64,000 bases of DNA from positions 61,978-125,977 of the forward strand of contig JBDRRK010000008.1 in the NCBI GenBank assembly GCA_043825775.1. The letters are read 5' to 3'. Each line of letters begins with the position of its first letter. The stretch's first letter is position 1. A program made the translations under genes and the position numbers. The notes under the pieces are model-generated. The model searched no databases. It had not been told where the DNA came from and was given only the letters and a program-made list of their open reading frames with translations. Source of the stretch: an archaeon (lineage in GTDB: Archaea > Nanobdellota > Nanobdellia > SCGC-AAA011-G17 > GW2011-AR17). Of the stretch, positions 49,045 through 57,827 are shown one piece after another.

Positions 49045-52000
49045 GGAACTAATGAAATACATGATTGTATTGATTTTGGTAGTTGGAGGCGTATTAGTTT
49101 TCTTTGGAGACTTTACGGGTTATACTTTCATTGAGCCAAATACTATTGAGTTTGATATTAATAATTCTTGGAATCTTTCAAATGGGTTTACAAGAGTTAG
49201 TCAGGGAATAGATATATTTGATAATGATATTATTATTGTAGAAAATAAATCAGTTGTTGATTTAACTAGTTATAATTTAACTAATGGAACTATTTATGTT
49301 GATTTAGTTATTGATGAAATGGTTGTTGATAGTGAGATAGTTAATTATGGTTCTAATGAGACTACACCTCCCAAAATTGTTGAAGAACCAGTGAATGAAA
49401 CCATTGTTGATACTGAACCAGTGAATGAAACAATTCCTGAAGAACCTTTAATTATTCTTGATGAGATAATAGAAACTCTAGATGGAACTAATGCTCCAAC
49501 ACATACACAGCCTCTGTTGAATGCTTCAAGTAATAATAATTTAACAACTGATAACTTAACAGTATATAACCAATCAACTGCTGATTTGGATGGTGATTCT
49601 GTTAAAAATATTTACAACTGGTATATGAATGGAAGTTCAATTACTGTTTTGAACATGCCTTTTGAAGGAGGTTCTTTGAATGGAAGTGGTGTTGCTGATG
49701 GTGCAAAGGATTATTCTGGATATAATAATAATGGTACAATCAATGGACCTGTTTGGTTAAGAGATGGAGGCTATGATGGATTTGGAGCTTACAAGTTTAA
49801 TGGAATTGATGAAGAGATAGATATTCCTTATGATAGTTCTTTTGATTTCAATAAAACTGGGGAGTTTACAGTTATGGCTTGGATTAAAACTGATACTTTA
49901 GTTAATGATAATGGAGATATTGTAAATCATTATATTATTACTAATAATAATCGTTCTTGGTCTCTACAGATTAGAACTAATGTTGCTAGATTTGTTGCTT
50001 GTGAAAATGGTTCTCTAGTAAGTTGTCAATATGCTACTGGAACAACCAGTATTGGTAGTAATAGCCCTTGGATTCATCTTACAGGAAAATGGGATGGAAG
50101 TAATATTTATGTTTATGTTAATGGGGAAAGTGATGATGCTACTCCTCCGGCTTTAACCTCATTGTATCCTATTGATTCTAGTAGATCTTTAGAAATTGGT
50201 TTTGATAGAGTTTCTGATGATTTTAATGGAAGTATTGATCAAGTTATGATTTTTAATAGAAGTTTATCTGATGAACAGATTAGATTAATGTATCAAAATA
50301 GAACAGATATGATACATTCAGCTGAAACTAAATTGAATGAAAATTGGACTTCAATTATTACTCCAAATGATGGTTGGGTTGATGGTACTTCTCTAATAAG
50401 TAATTCATTAGTTATAACTGGTGCGGCTAATAATGTTCCAAGGGTATCTAGTATTTTGTTGAACTCTACTTCAAGTAGGAATAATACAAATGGTTCATTG
50501 CAAGTATCATGGGTTTTCTCAGATGATGATGGTGGAGATTCTGAAATGGATAATGAAACTCAATGGTATCAAAGAATGACTAATGGAAGTGTTATTAAAA
50601 ATACTACATTTACTAATCTTACATTTATTAGTGCTGGAAATCTGACTCCAACAGAGACTTTGAATTTCTCAGTAAGAGTTTATGATGGAACAGACTGGAG
50701 TGCATGGAGTTCCAATGCTAGTATTTATATTACAAAGTATAATAATTTATCAAATGTATCCTTAGGGATATATCCTAGTCCATTAAATATAAATCAGAAT
50801 ATATATGGATATTGTAATTTTACTGATATTGATGGGGATTATGAAGGCTTAGGAAAATATAGATGGTGGAAAAATGGAACTACACTACTTGAAGAAAGAG
50901 ATCTTTCACAATTATTTTTGATGCACTTTGATTTAGAAGGTTCTGCTTATAACAATACAGTGGATAATGAAAGTGCTGTAAATGTTACTGGACTGACTAA
51001 CTTTGTTGGAAAATATGATAGAGATGCATTTGTAACTACAGGAGATAGACTTCAGTTTAGAAGTGCTGGAAATATAAACAAAAGTTCTGGAACCATATTG
51101 TTCTGGCTACAACCTAATTGGAATGATACTGATGAGATTAATGAAAGGCCATTTATAGAAGATTCTAATGGTGATTTTTATATTTACTTTGAACCAGTTT
51201 CAGATCAAATAAAAGTTAATATTACTGTTAATACTACTTATATATTAACAACAAACACAAGTGCATTGAGTGGAGTATTGAATGATAATGAATGGATACA
51301 TGTTGCTATAATGTGGAATTTGAGTACTGATTTAGTTCAGGTTTATTTGAATAATACATTATATGCTAATAATACTGAAGATGTTGATTGGAATACTTCT
51401 TATCCAAATATTGGAACAAATATTGATATTGGACAGACAAATACTGGATCAAGAAGTATAAACTCTCATTTAGATGAATATGCAATATATGATAAACCAT
51501 TGTTGAGGAAACACCTAAGTGATTTTATTAATAGAAGTTTCCCAATAATGAATAATGAAATTTTCTTAGATAGTATCAATATCCAAGATGGAGATAATAT
51601 TACATTTGAATGTGTTCCTTATGATGACATTGAATATGGATTAGGAATTAATTATACAGTAACCATACCAAGCAATACTATTAGTAACACATATGCAAAT
51701 TTAGCTAAATCTATTATTGCTGGAGATGGTGTTGTAGAGTTTGTTGCAAATTTCAGTTCAAATTATGGAATTGAGGCTATATGGCTTGAAATAAATGAGA
51801 GTGGAACTACAACTGCAACAAATGAAAGAGAATTTGGGTATTTAATTGATGATTTAAGTTACTTTGATTGGGCAAATGATTTCAGAACAAATGAAAGTGA
51901 TGATGTTAATATTGTAGAAACTACATCTGGATATATCTTGTATGCAGGAAATATTTCATATAATTTTACAACACCAAATACAGATTATGTTTATGTACGA

Positions 52001-54832
52001 AGATATATAGACTCTATAAATCTAAGTGATTATTTCCAATTACATTATTATATGAAGGCTGATACTGCAAATGTAGTCCAAACAAGAATAAATGTTTATA
52101 ATACAAGTTCGGATGGAACTATGACTTCTTGTGATTACCCTAATTATCCAAATATAGGTACAACTGGATGGCAAAAAGTAACTTTAAACATTTCCTCTTT
52201 TAATAAAACAGACTGTGATTTAGGGAGTATTAGCTTGATAAAACTTACAGTTAATGATATAACTGATACTGATACTTTTAGTGGCTCCTTTTTAATAGAT
52301 GAAATTTATCTTACCAATGGAAGCAATAAACCTACTGATGGCCAGATTAAATTTAATTATAAACCATTAACTGATTTAAGTTCCAATGAAAATGTTACAT
52401 TGAGAATATTTGCAAGGGATGTTACTGGATATAATACTTCTACTGTTTGGTATAATCTAACTGTTGATGGAGATGTTCCTAACCTCCTTAATTTTACATA
52501 TTCCAATGATTATGGTTATTCATATAATACAATTATCTTAAATGGTACTTTTAATGATACTACAACACCTGATTATTTTTGGTTTGAAGTTGAAATAGAT
52601 GGTGCAAGGCATAATACTAGTTCAAGGCCTATTGGTTATTATCTTGATACTTTTGATGATCCTAATTGGTTGTATGCCTCTGGATTGGTTAAAGGAACAA
52701 ATGTAAGTGTTGAAAGGGTTGAATCAGGATTTATAGATAAGGGTATGAATATTAGTTATAATTACCCTGATTCTGAAGCAACTGATTACTTCTTTTTAGA
52801 ACATAAAATGAACCCAATGGTTGTTGCTGATTATGATGAATTAAAATTCCAAATAAAATCTGATAATTTGAAGTATCACCAAATGAGAATGGATTTATGG
52901 TGCGAAGATGAAAAAGCTCCTGAAGAATATAGAGTTGTAGCAAGACAACATTTAGCAAGAACTACTGATTGGGAAGAGGTTGATTTCAAAGAAGCTGAAT
53001 TCTTTGTTGATTCTCCAACATGTTCAATAAACTCAACTAATATAACCACAATGAAATTACAGTTTGGGGATTATAATAATAGTGATAGTGGGGGGGGTAA
53101 TTTAACTATAGATGAAATGTATTTTATTAAAAGAGATAAACCTATTTCTAATATAGGCCAAGTTCCTTTTATATTTGAATGGGTAAATCATAATGAATCT
53201 GGAAACTTTTCATTTAGGATTTGGTTTAATGATAGTACTGGACATGAAAACAAAAGTAATTGGATAAATATTACTCAAAAAACATTTAGTTCTGCTACAG
53301 GAATTATTGCAGTTGATAATGGCTCAATATTAGATGAAATCTCAAATTGGAAGGATAATACTATACAAACTAATTATACCTCTCCAAGTTATGAAGAAAA
53401 ATTAAAATTTAAGAATATAACTCTTGATTTATTAGATGGAATTAAAAATAATAATATAAATGAAAGTAAATTAAATGATGTTGCAGGACAGTTAGATTCA
53501 TTTGGATATGAACTAGTAAATTATAGTGATAATGTTACAGGATATAATTATTATATTATAAGGGAGAATAGTATAAGTAAGGGTTGGGGTGGCTTTGTCT
53601 TTAATCCTCACACATATTCAAATTTAATTTTAGAATCTCCACATCCAATTTGGGATACAAATTCAAGTATTGTTAGCTCAATTATTTTCACAGAGATGTT
53701 TCCTAAGGCATTAGTTGTTTCTACATCTTATAGATATGCGAATCCAAATGATATTAGTGATGCGGGGCATAGTGAGGATATGCTATTTGCTGCAGTTCAT
53801 GACGCATTGATTGAAAATACAACTGATTCAATTGTTATGCAAATACATGGGTATAGTGCAAGTGGATTGAATGATTCTACTTGGCAAGTTATTATTAGTG
53901 ATGGAGTTGGTTTAGAAAAAACCCAAGAAATGAATGATTTGGTTAATAATCTTTCTAATGCACAATACAAAACCTGTGTTTGGAATTACAATTGTAGTTT
54001 CTATAGTGCTACTAATGAGGCTAGTGCCCATGATACAAAAAGATCAGGTGGACAGTTTATACATGTTGAGTTAAATACATCAATTAGAGTTTATGATAAT
54101 GAAAGAGAAAACATAACTAGGATATTGACTGACTTTAGAGAATGGTTACCTCCTAATGTTACTTTAGTTAGCCCTAGTGATACTGCAACATTTAATACAA
54201 GCAATATTACTTTTGAATGTAATGCTACTGATGCAAAGAATGTTACAAAGATTACTCTTTATATCAATAGTAGTACTGGTTTTGATAGCAATAGTTCAAG
54301 TATAATGAATACAAATATTACAAATGTAAGCTTTGTTGAATATTTACCTGCTGGATCTTATACTTGGAATTGTTTGGGAAGAGATTTAAGTGGTAATGTT
54401 AATTTTGCAAGTAGTAATTTTACATTTACTATAAATGGAAGTGCTGTCACTGAAACTACTACTCCTGAAACAACAACTGGATCTTCAAGCTCTTCAGGTA
54501 CTGAATCAAGAGATATCTCTGAAAATAAAACAGAAAAAGAGGAGTTTATTGAAGAGGAAGAGAAGGAAATTAAAGAAGATGAAAGTATTGTTGAAGAGAT
54601 TATTGAAGAAGAAATTGAGGAAGAGGGAAGAATTTTAGAAAATTATTATTCTCAAATTGGAGCAGGGGTAATTGTAATTTTCCTTATTGTCATTTTATTA
54701 TTTTTAGTTATAATACTAATCAAGAGATTGAAAAATAGAAAGAAATCTGATTCATTACATAGGAAATTAGTTCTTTACTTAAAGAAAAGAAAAAGAAATA
54801 AGAGAAAGGTTAAGAGAAAGATATCTTATTGA
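49037..54832 (+). CDS. Giant N-glycosylation-sequon-rich cell-surface protein with LamG/ConA-like lectin domains, N- and C-terminal TM segments
   Basis: 1931 aa. N-terminal hydrophobic segment (YMIVLILVVGGVLVFFG) and C-terminal TM (GAGVIVIFLIVILLFLVIILI) followed by a K/R-rich tail. Thr/Ser linker and acidic EEE stalk precede it. At least two LamG-like jelly-roll regions (…FTVMAWIKTD…WIHLTGKWDG…VYVNGE… and …GTILFWLQPNW…WIHVAIMWN…VYLNNTLY…). Dozens of N-x-S/T sequons. Confidence 0.7.
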   Translation: MNRELMKYMIVLILVVGGVLVFFGDFTGYTFIEPNTIEFDINNSWNLSNGFTRVSQGIDIFDNDIIIVENKSVVDLTSYNLTNGTIYVDLVIDEMVVDSEIVNYGSNETTPPKIVEEPVNETIVDTEPVNETIPEEPLIILDEIIETLDGTNAPTHTQPLLNASSNNNLTTDNLTVYNQSTADLDGDSVKNIYNWYMNGSSITVLNMPFEGGSLNGSGVADGAKDYSGYNNNGTINGPVWLRDGGYDGFGAYKFNGIDEEIDIPYDSSFDFNKTGEFTVMAWIKTDTLVNDNGDIVNHYIITNNNRSWSLQIRTNVARFVACENGSLVSCQYATGTTSIGSNSPWIHLTGKWDGSNIYVYVNGESDDATPPALTSLYPIDSSRSLEIGFDRVSDDFNGSIDQVMIFNRSLSDEQIRLMYQNRTDMIHSAETKLNENWTSIITPNDGWVDGTSLISNSLVITGAANNVPRVSSILLNSTSSRNNTNGSLQVSWVFSDDDGGDSEMDNETQWYQRMTNGSVIKNTTFTNLTFISAGNLTPTETLNFSVRVYDGTDWSAWSSNASIYITKYNNLSNVSLGIYPSPLNINQNIYGYCNFTDIDGDYEGLGKYRWWKNGTTLLEERDLSQLFLMHFDLEGSAYNNTVDNESAVNVTGLTNFVGKYDRDAFVTTGDRLQFRSAGNINKSSGTILFWLQPNWNDTDEINERPFIEDSNGDFYIYFEPVSDQIKVNITVNTTYILTTNTSALSGVLNDNEWIHVAIMWNLSTDLVQVYLNNTLYANNTEDVDWNTSYPNIGTNIDIGQTNTGSRSINSHLDEYAIYDKPLLRKHLSDFINRSFPIMNNEIFLDSINIQDGDNITFECVPYDDIEYGLGINYTVTIPSNTISNTYANLAKSIIAGDGVVEFVANFSSNYGIEAIWLEINESGTTTATNEREFGYLIDDLSYFDWANDFRTNESDDVNIVETTSGYILYAGNISYNFTTPNTDYVYVRRYIDSINLSDYFQLHYYMKADTANVVQTRINVYNTSSDGTMTSCDYPNYPNIGTTGWQKVTLNISSFNKTDCDLGSISLIKLTVNDITDTDTFSGSFLIDEIYLTNGSNKPTDGQIKFNYKPLTDLSSNENVTLRIFARDVTGYNTSTVWYNLTVDGDVPNLLNFTYSNDYGYSYNTIILNGTFNDTTTPDYFWFEVEIDGARHNTSSRPIGYYLDTFDDPNWLYASGLVKGTNVSVERVESGFIDKGMNISYNYPDSEATDYFFLEHKMNPMVVADYDELKFQIKSDNLKYHQMRMDLWCEDEKAPEEYRVVARQHLARTTDWEEVDFKEAEFFVDSPTCSINSTNITTMKLQFGDYNNSDSGGGNLTIDEMYFIKRDKPISNIGQVPFIFEWVNHNESGNFSFRIWFNDSTGHENKSNWINITQKTFSSATGIIAVDNGSILDEISNWKDNTIQTNYTSPSYEEKLKFKNITLDLLDGIKNNNINESKLNDVAGQLDSFGYELVNYSDNVTGYNYYIIRENSISKGWGGFVFNPHTYSNLILESPHPIWDTNSSIVSSIIFTEMFPKALVVSTSYRYANPNDISDAGHSEDMLFAAVHDALIENTTDSIVMQIHGYSASGLNDSTWQVIISDGVGLEKTQEMNDLVNNLSNAQYKTCVWNYNCSFYSATNEASAHDTKRSGGQFIHVELNTSIRVYDNERENITRILTDFREWLPPNVTLVSPSDTATFNTSNITFECNATDAKNVTKITLYINSSTGFDSNSSSIMNTNITNVSFVEYLPAGSYTWNCLGRDLSGNVNFASSNFTFTINGSAVTETTTPETTTGSSSSSGTESRDISENKTEKEEFIEEEEKEIKEDESIVEEIIEEEIEEEGRILENYYSQIGAGVIVIFLIVILLFLVIILIKRLKNRKKSDSLHRKLVLYLKKRKRNKRKVKRKISY

Positions 54833-54996
54833 GGAAAAGAATAGAAAAAAGAGAATCAAACAAAAAATAGCAAGACTAAAAGAAAATAGAAAGATTGAAT
54901 TAGCAGAATTAGATAAAAAGATTAGAAATTCCAAATCTATGATAAATAAAGAGAAAAAATCAATTAAAAAAAGAATAAAAGAACAGATTAAGTATC

Positions 54997-55734
54997 TTAA
55001 ATCAAAGGTCTAAGTATTAATTTATCTTCATCATATTCTTTTATATTTTTTATTGTGTCATTAACAACTAAAGCAAAAACATCTTCTTTGGTTCCATAAT
55101 CTAATCTAAACCCATATTCATATTGTTTTAATTTTTCTATATTGATATCTTTTTCTTTAATTAGAATTAAATCGCAACCTCTTTTCATTAGTTTTATTCC
55201 TGCTTCTATTGAAGATTCATCTTGTAGTAAAAGCCCTACTGTTCCTTGTATTCCTACTGGAAGTCCACCTAGGCCCATATGTTTTTTATTGTAGATATGA
55301 GCTTGATTGTTAAATACCTCTATAAAAATTTCAGTTTCTGGATTTTTTAGTTTAACTTTTGCATTTGTTTTCTCTACTATATATGCTCCTACCTCTCTCT
55401 CTATTTCTGGAGATTTTAAGAATATTTTATCTGATCTTTTACAGCTTACTCTAAAAGTTCCTTTTTCATAAAGTTTTAGAGCTTCTTTTTTCATTATTTC
55501 TAAATCTAATGTAATAGGCTTTATGTATGAGAAAGAGTGGATTCCAAAAACATCTTTTAATTTTGGACATTCTTGTTCTGTAATAATTAATATTCGTCCT
55601 CTTACTCTTTGAACTTTTTCATACTCTACATTATTCTTTTTTAGGCAGGATTTTATGTTGTTTTGGAGTTTTTTTTCAAATAAATGTCTGTTTCCACCTT
55701 TCAAGGCTATTTCTCCATATTTTACTAGTATCAT
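54997..55734 (-). CDS. THUMP-domain protein related to the ThiI N-terminal half (PP-loop degenerate)
   Basis: MILVKYGEIALKGGNRHLFEKKL is a ThiI-type N-terminus. The segment aligning to the PP-loop (vLLSGGIDS…MKRG) reads GLLLQDESSIEAGIKLMKRG. The ORF stops about 130 aa short of a full ThiI. Confidence 0.5.
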   Translation of the reverse strand: MILVKYGEIALKGGNRHLFEKKLQNNIKSCLKKNNVEYEKVQRVRGRILIITEQECPKLKDVFGIHSFSYIKPITLDLEIMKKEALKLYEKGTFRVSCKRSDKIFLKSPEIEREVGAYIVEKTNAKVKLKNPETEIFIEVFNNQAHIYNKKHMGLGGLPVGIQGTVGLLLQDESSIEAGIKLMKRGCDLILIKEKDINIEKLKQYEYGFRLDYGTKEDVFALVVNDTIKNIKEYDEDKLILRPLI

Positions 55735-56750
55735 TTTATCTCTGTTTCAATTTCATCTAAATCACAGAAGTTTGTTGTGAAGTTGTAAGCTCCTGTGTTT
55801 AGGAATGTTATCGTGTCTCCAATTTTTGGGTTTTCTAAATATACTTTGTATCTAAATAGATCCATTGAACAAGGAGTTAATCCTTTAATTACATAAGGTT
55901 TTCCATTTCCTTCTCCTTCTACTAGGAGTTTTACAGGGACTATTAAAGCATCCATATCTGAATTATATACAGATGCATTTACTGTTATGTTGTTTTCATC
56001 TATTGATAAAATTTCAGTTTGTAATTTTATTGCTGGTGCTGAAATAAACCTTCCAGGTTCAATTATTAGTTTTATATTATTTTTAGTTAAGAATGTTCTG
56101 AATTCTTGGATTTTTGTTATTATTGAATCTATTACTTTTACATTTGTATTTGCATAATCTGATGGTAATCCTCCACCAATGTTGATGTAATCTATATCAT
56201 TTAGTGTTTGTTGTTCTAGAAGGTTTTCTATTTCATATTTTAGAGACCATTCAGCCATGTTTTGTGTTTTTCTGTGAAAATGTATCCCTAGTTTGTCTAT
56301 GTTTGTGTTTGCTCTTAGTAATGGGATTAATTCATTAATTCTTTTTGAAGTCATTCCAAAAACAAAGTATTTTTCTGTCTTCAATGTTCTTTCTTTTAGC
56401 TTTAATCTTAGTAGAAGATATACTGGAGTAGGATTTTTTTCTAAGTAAGATAGTAATGTGTTTAAATCTGTCTCATTATCTACTATAAAGAATGTAATGT
56501 TTTGTTGTATTAATTCATTAATATCTTGTTCATTCCAGGCTTGTGCTAAAAATATTACTTTGCTTTTATCTTGAATATGTTTTAATTCATTCTTGAAGTG
56601 TATTGAGAAAAAAGACTTAGTGTTTTCCTCTAATATCTTAGTAATTAAAGGATTTGTTTTAGAACTGTATGAAACTAGATCACAGAGGTTTTCAACTACT
56701 TTATATTGTTTTAATGCTATTTCCTTAGATAGTATAAATTTTGGTTTCAT
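55731..56750 (-). CDS. PLP-dependent decarboxylase, fold-type III (Orn/Arg/DAP/carboxy(nor)spermidine decarboxylase family)
   Basis: INIGGGLP (Gly-rich loop), EPGRF and GLTPCSMD (GxxCxxxD active-site Cys) motifs are present. Translationally coupled to deoxyhypusine synthase. Confidence 0.6.
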   Translation of the reverse strand: MKPKFILSKEIALKQYKVVENLCDLVSYSSKTNPLITKILEENTKSFFSIHFKNELKHIQDKSKVIFLAQAWNEQDINELIQQNITFFIVDNETDLNTLLSYLEKNPTPVYLLLRLKLKERTLKTEKYFVFGMTSKRINELIPLLRANTNIDKLGIHFHRKTQNMAEWSLKYEIENLLEQQTLNDIDYINIGGGLPSDYANTNVKVIDSIITKIQEFRTFLTKNNIKLIIEPGRFISAPAIKLQTEILSIDENNITVNASVYNSDMDALIVPVKLLVEGEGNGKPYVIKGLTPCSMDLFRYKVYLENPKIGDTITFLNTGAYNFTTNFCDLDEIETEIK

Positions 56751-57679
56751 AGTAGTCCTTCTTCTTGTAGTTGTTCTAGTGATTTTATCATTGCTAATGG
56801 AAATGTAAAGGTTACATCTCCTATTACAGTTGCAATGTCTGAATCATCTTTTACTTTACCCCAAGACTTTGCTTCATTTGTAGTTGCTCCTGACATTGAA
56901 CCAGATGTTTTGTGAGCTGTTGTCATGTAGACTGCATACTCAGCTCCACCATTTAATAGAGTACATAAAATTGCATGGTGCTTTGATATTGAGCCTCCAA
57001 GAGCTATAACTCCTTTCTTTTCATCTTGAGATGTTGTTAATAAAATATTTCCAAAGTCTTTTACTACATCAATTACAAAGTCTGGATGGTTTTGTTGGAA
57101 AAGATATAAATGGAATCCAAAAGCTCCATCTGTTATTGCAGGACAGAAGATTGGAATGTTGTTCTTTGCTGCTTGGTATAGAATAGAGTTTTCATCTTCA
57201 AGTCTTAAACCTAATTCTCTAAATAATTCAGAAGGAGTCCATCTTTTTTGTTTTTGGTATAATTCAGTAAATATTGGGTTTATCTTATCTTCAAAGTTCA
57301 TATAGGCCTCAGTGTTAATGTTGATGTTCCCTATTCTATTGATTCCTTGTTCATGAAGTTCTACATCATCTGCTTCAAAGTTTCCTACTTCAAATTTCTC
57401 TCCTGTTGCTTTCATGAAATCTTCTTCTAAACCACCTACTGTCGTTACTATAACATCAGCCATTTTTAATTGGATTAATTGTGCAAAAAAACCACGTAAT
57501 CCAGATGTAACCATGTTTGAAGTGAATGTTAGATATATTTTTGCATTGTCTTTCTTCATTTTAACAATAACATCAGATGCTCTTGATAGTTCTATACTCT
57601 GGAATCCTAAGTGTTTAAAGCTACCAACTAGTTCATTCACAGATATTCCTTTTTTCCATTTTAGATCTTGTACTTTCAT
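56747..57679 (-). CDS. dys: Deoxyhypusine synthase
   Basis: 310-aa protein with DHS-type sequence (…GGLEEDFMKATG…; …ALGGSISKHHAI… NAD/spermidine-binding region). Confidence 0.8.
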   Translation of the reverse strand: MKVQDLKWKKGISVNELVGSFKHLGFQSIELSRASDVIVKMKKDNAKIYLTFTSNMVTSGLRGFFAQLIQLKMADVIVTTVGGLEEDFMKATGEKFEVGNFEADDVELHEQGINRIGNININTEAYMNFEDKINPIFTELYQKQKRWTPSELFRELGLRLEDENSILYQAAKNNIPIFCPAITDGAFGFHLYLFQQNHPDFVIDVVKDFGNILLTTSQDEKKGVIALGGSISKHHAILCTLLNGGAEYAVYMTTAHKTSGSMSGATTNEAKSWGKVKDDSDIATVIGDVTFTFPLAMIKSLEQLQEEGLL

Positions 57680-57827
57680 TTTATAGAAACCTCACTAAGT
57701 AAATTAATAAAGAATTAACTTCCGGACTTTCTAACTGAATCCATATAGTGGAGAATATAGGTTCTGTTTAAAAAGGTTTCTAAAAAGTAAATTATTTAAA
57801 GTATTCAACTATAGATTATATAGTGGG

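Noticed and set aside
49381-49440. Short direct repeat (gaaccagtgaatgaaac…) as a possible CRISPR or minisatellite
   Set aside because: Only two imperfect copies are present, in frame within the giant surface-protein gene (EPVNETI…EPVNETI…). It is a coding tandem repeat, not a repeat-spacer array. No CRISPR array or cas genes anywhere in the window.
57680-57827. Cobalamin riboswitch upstream of the B12-dependent nrdJ
   Set aside because: The region is AT-rich with no recognisable B12-box or conserved riboswitch helices. Cobalamin riboswitches are bacterial. A promoter-like TATA (aaattatttaaag) is a better explanation.
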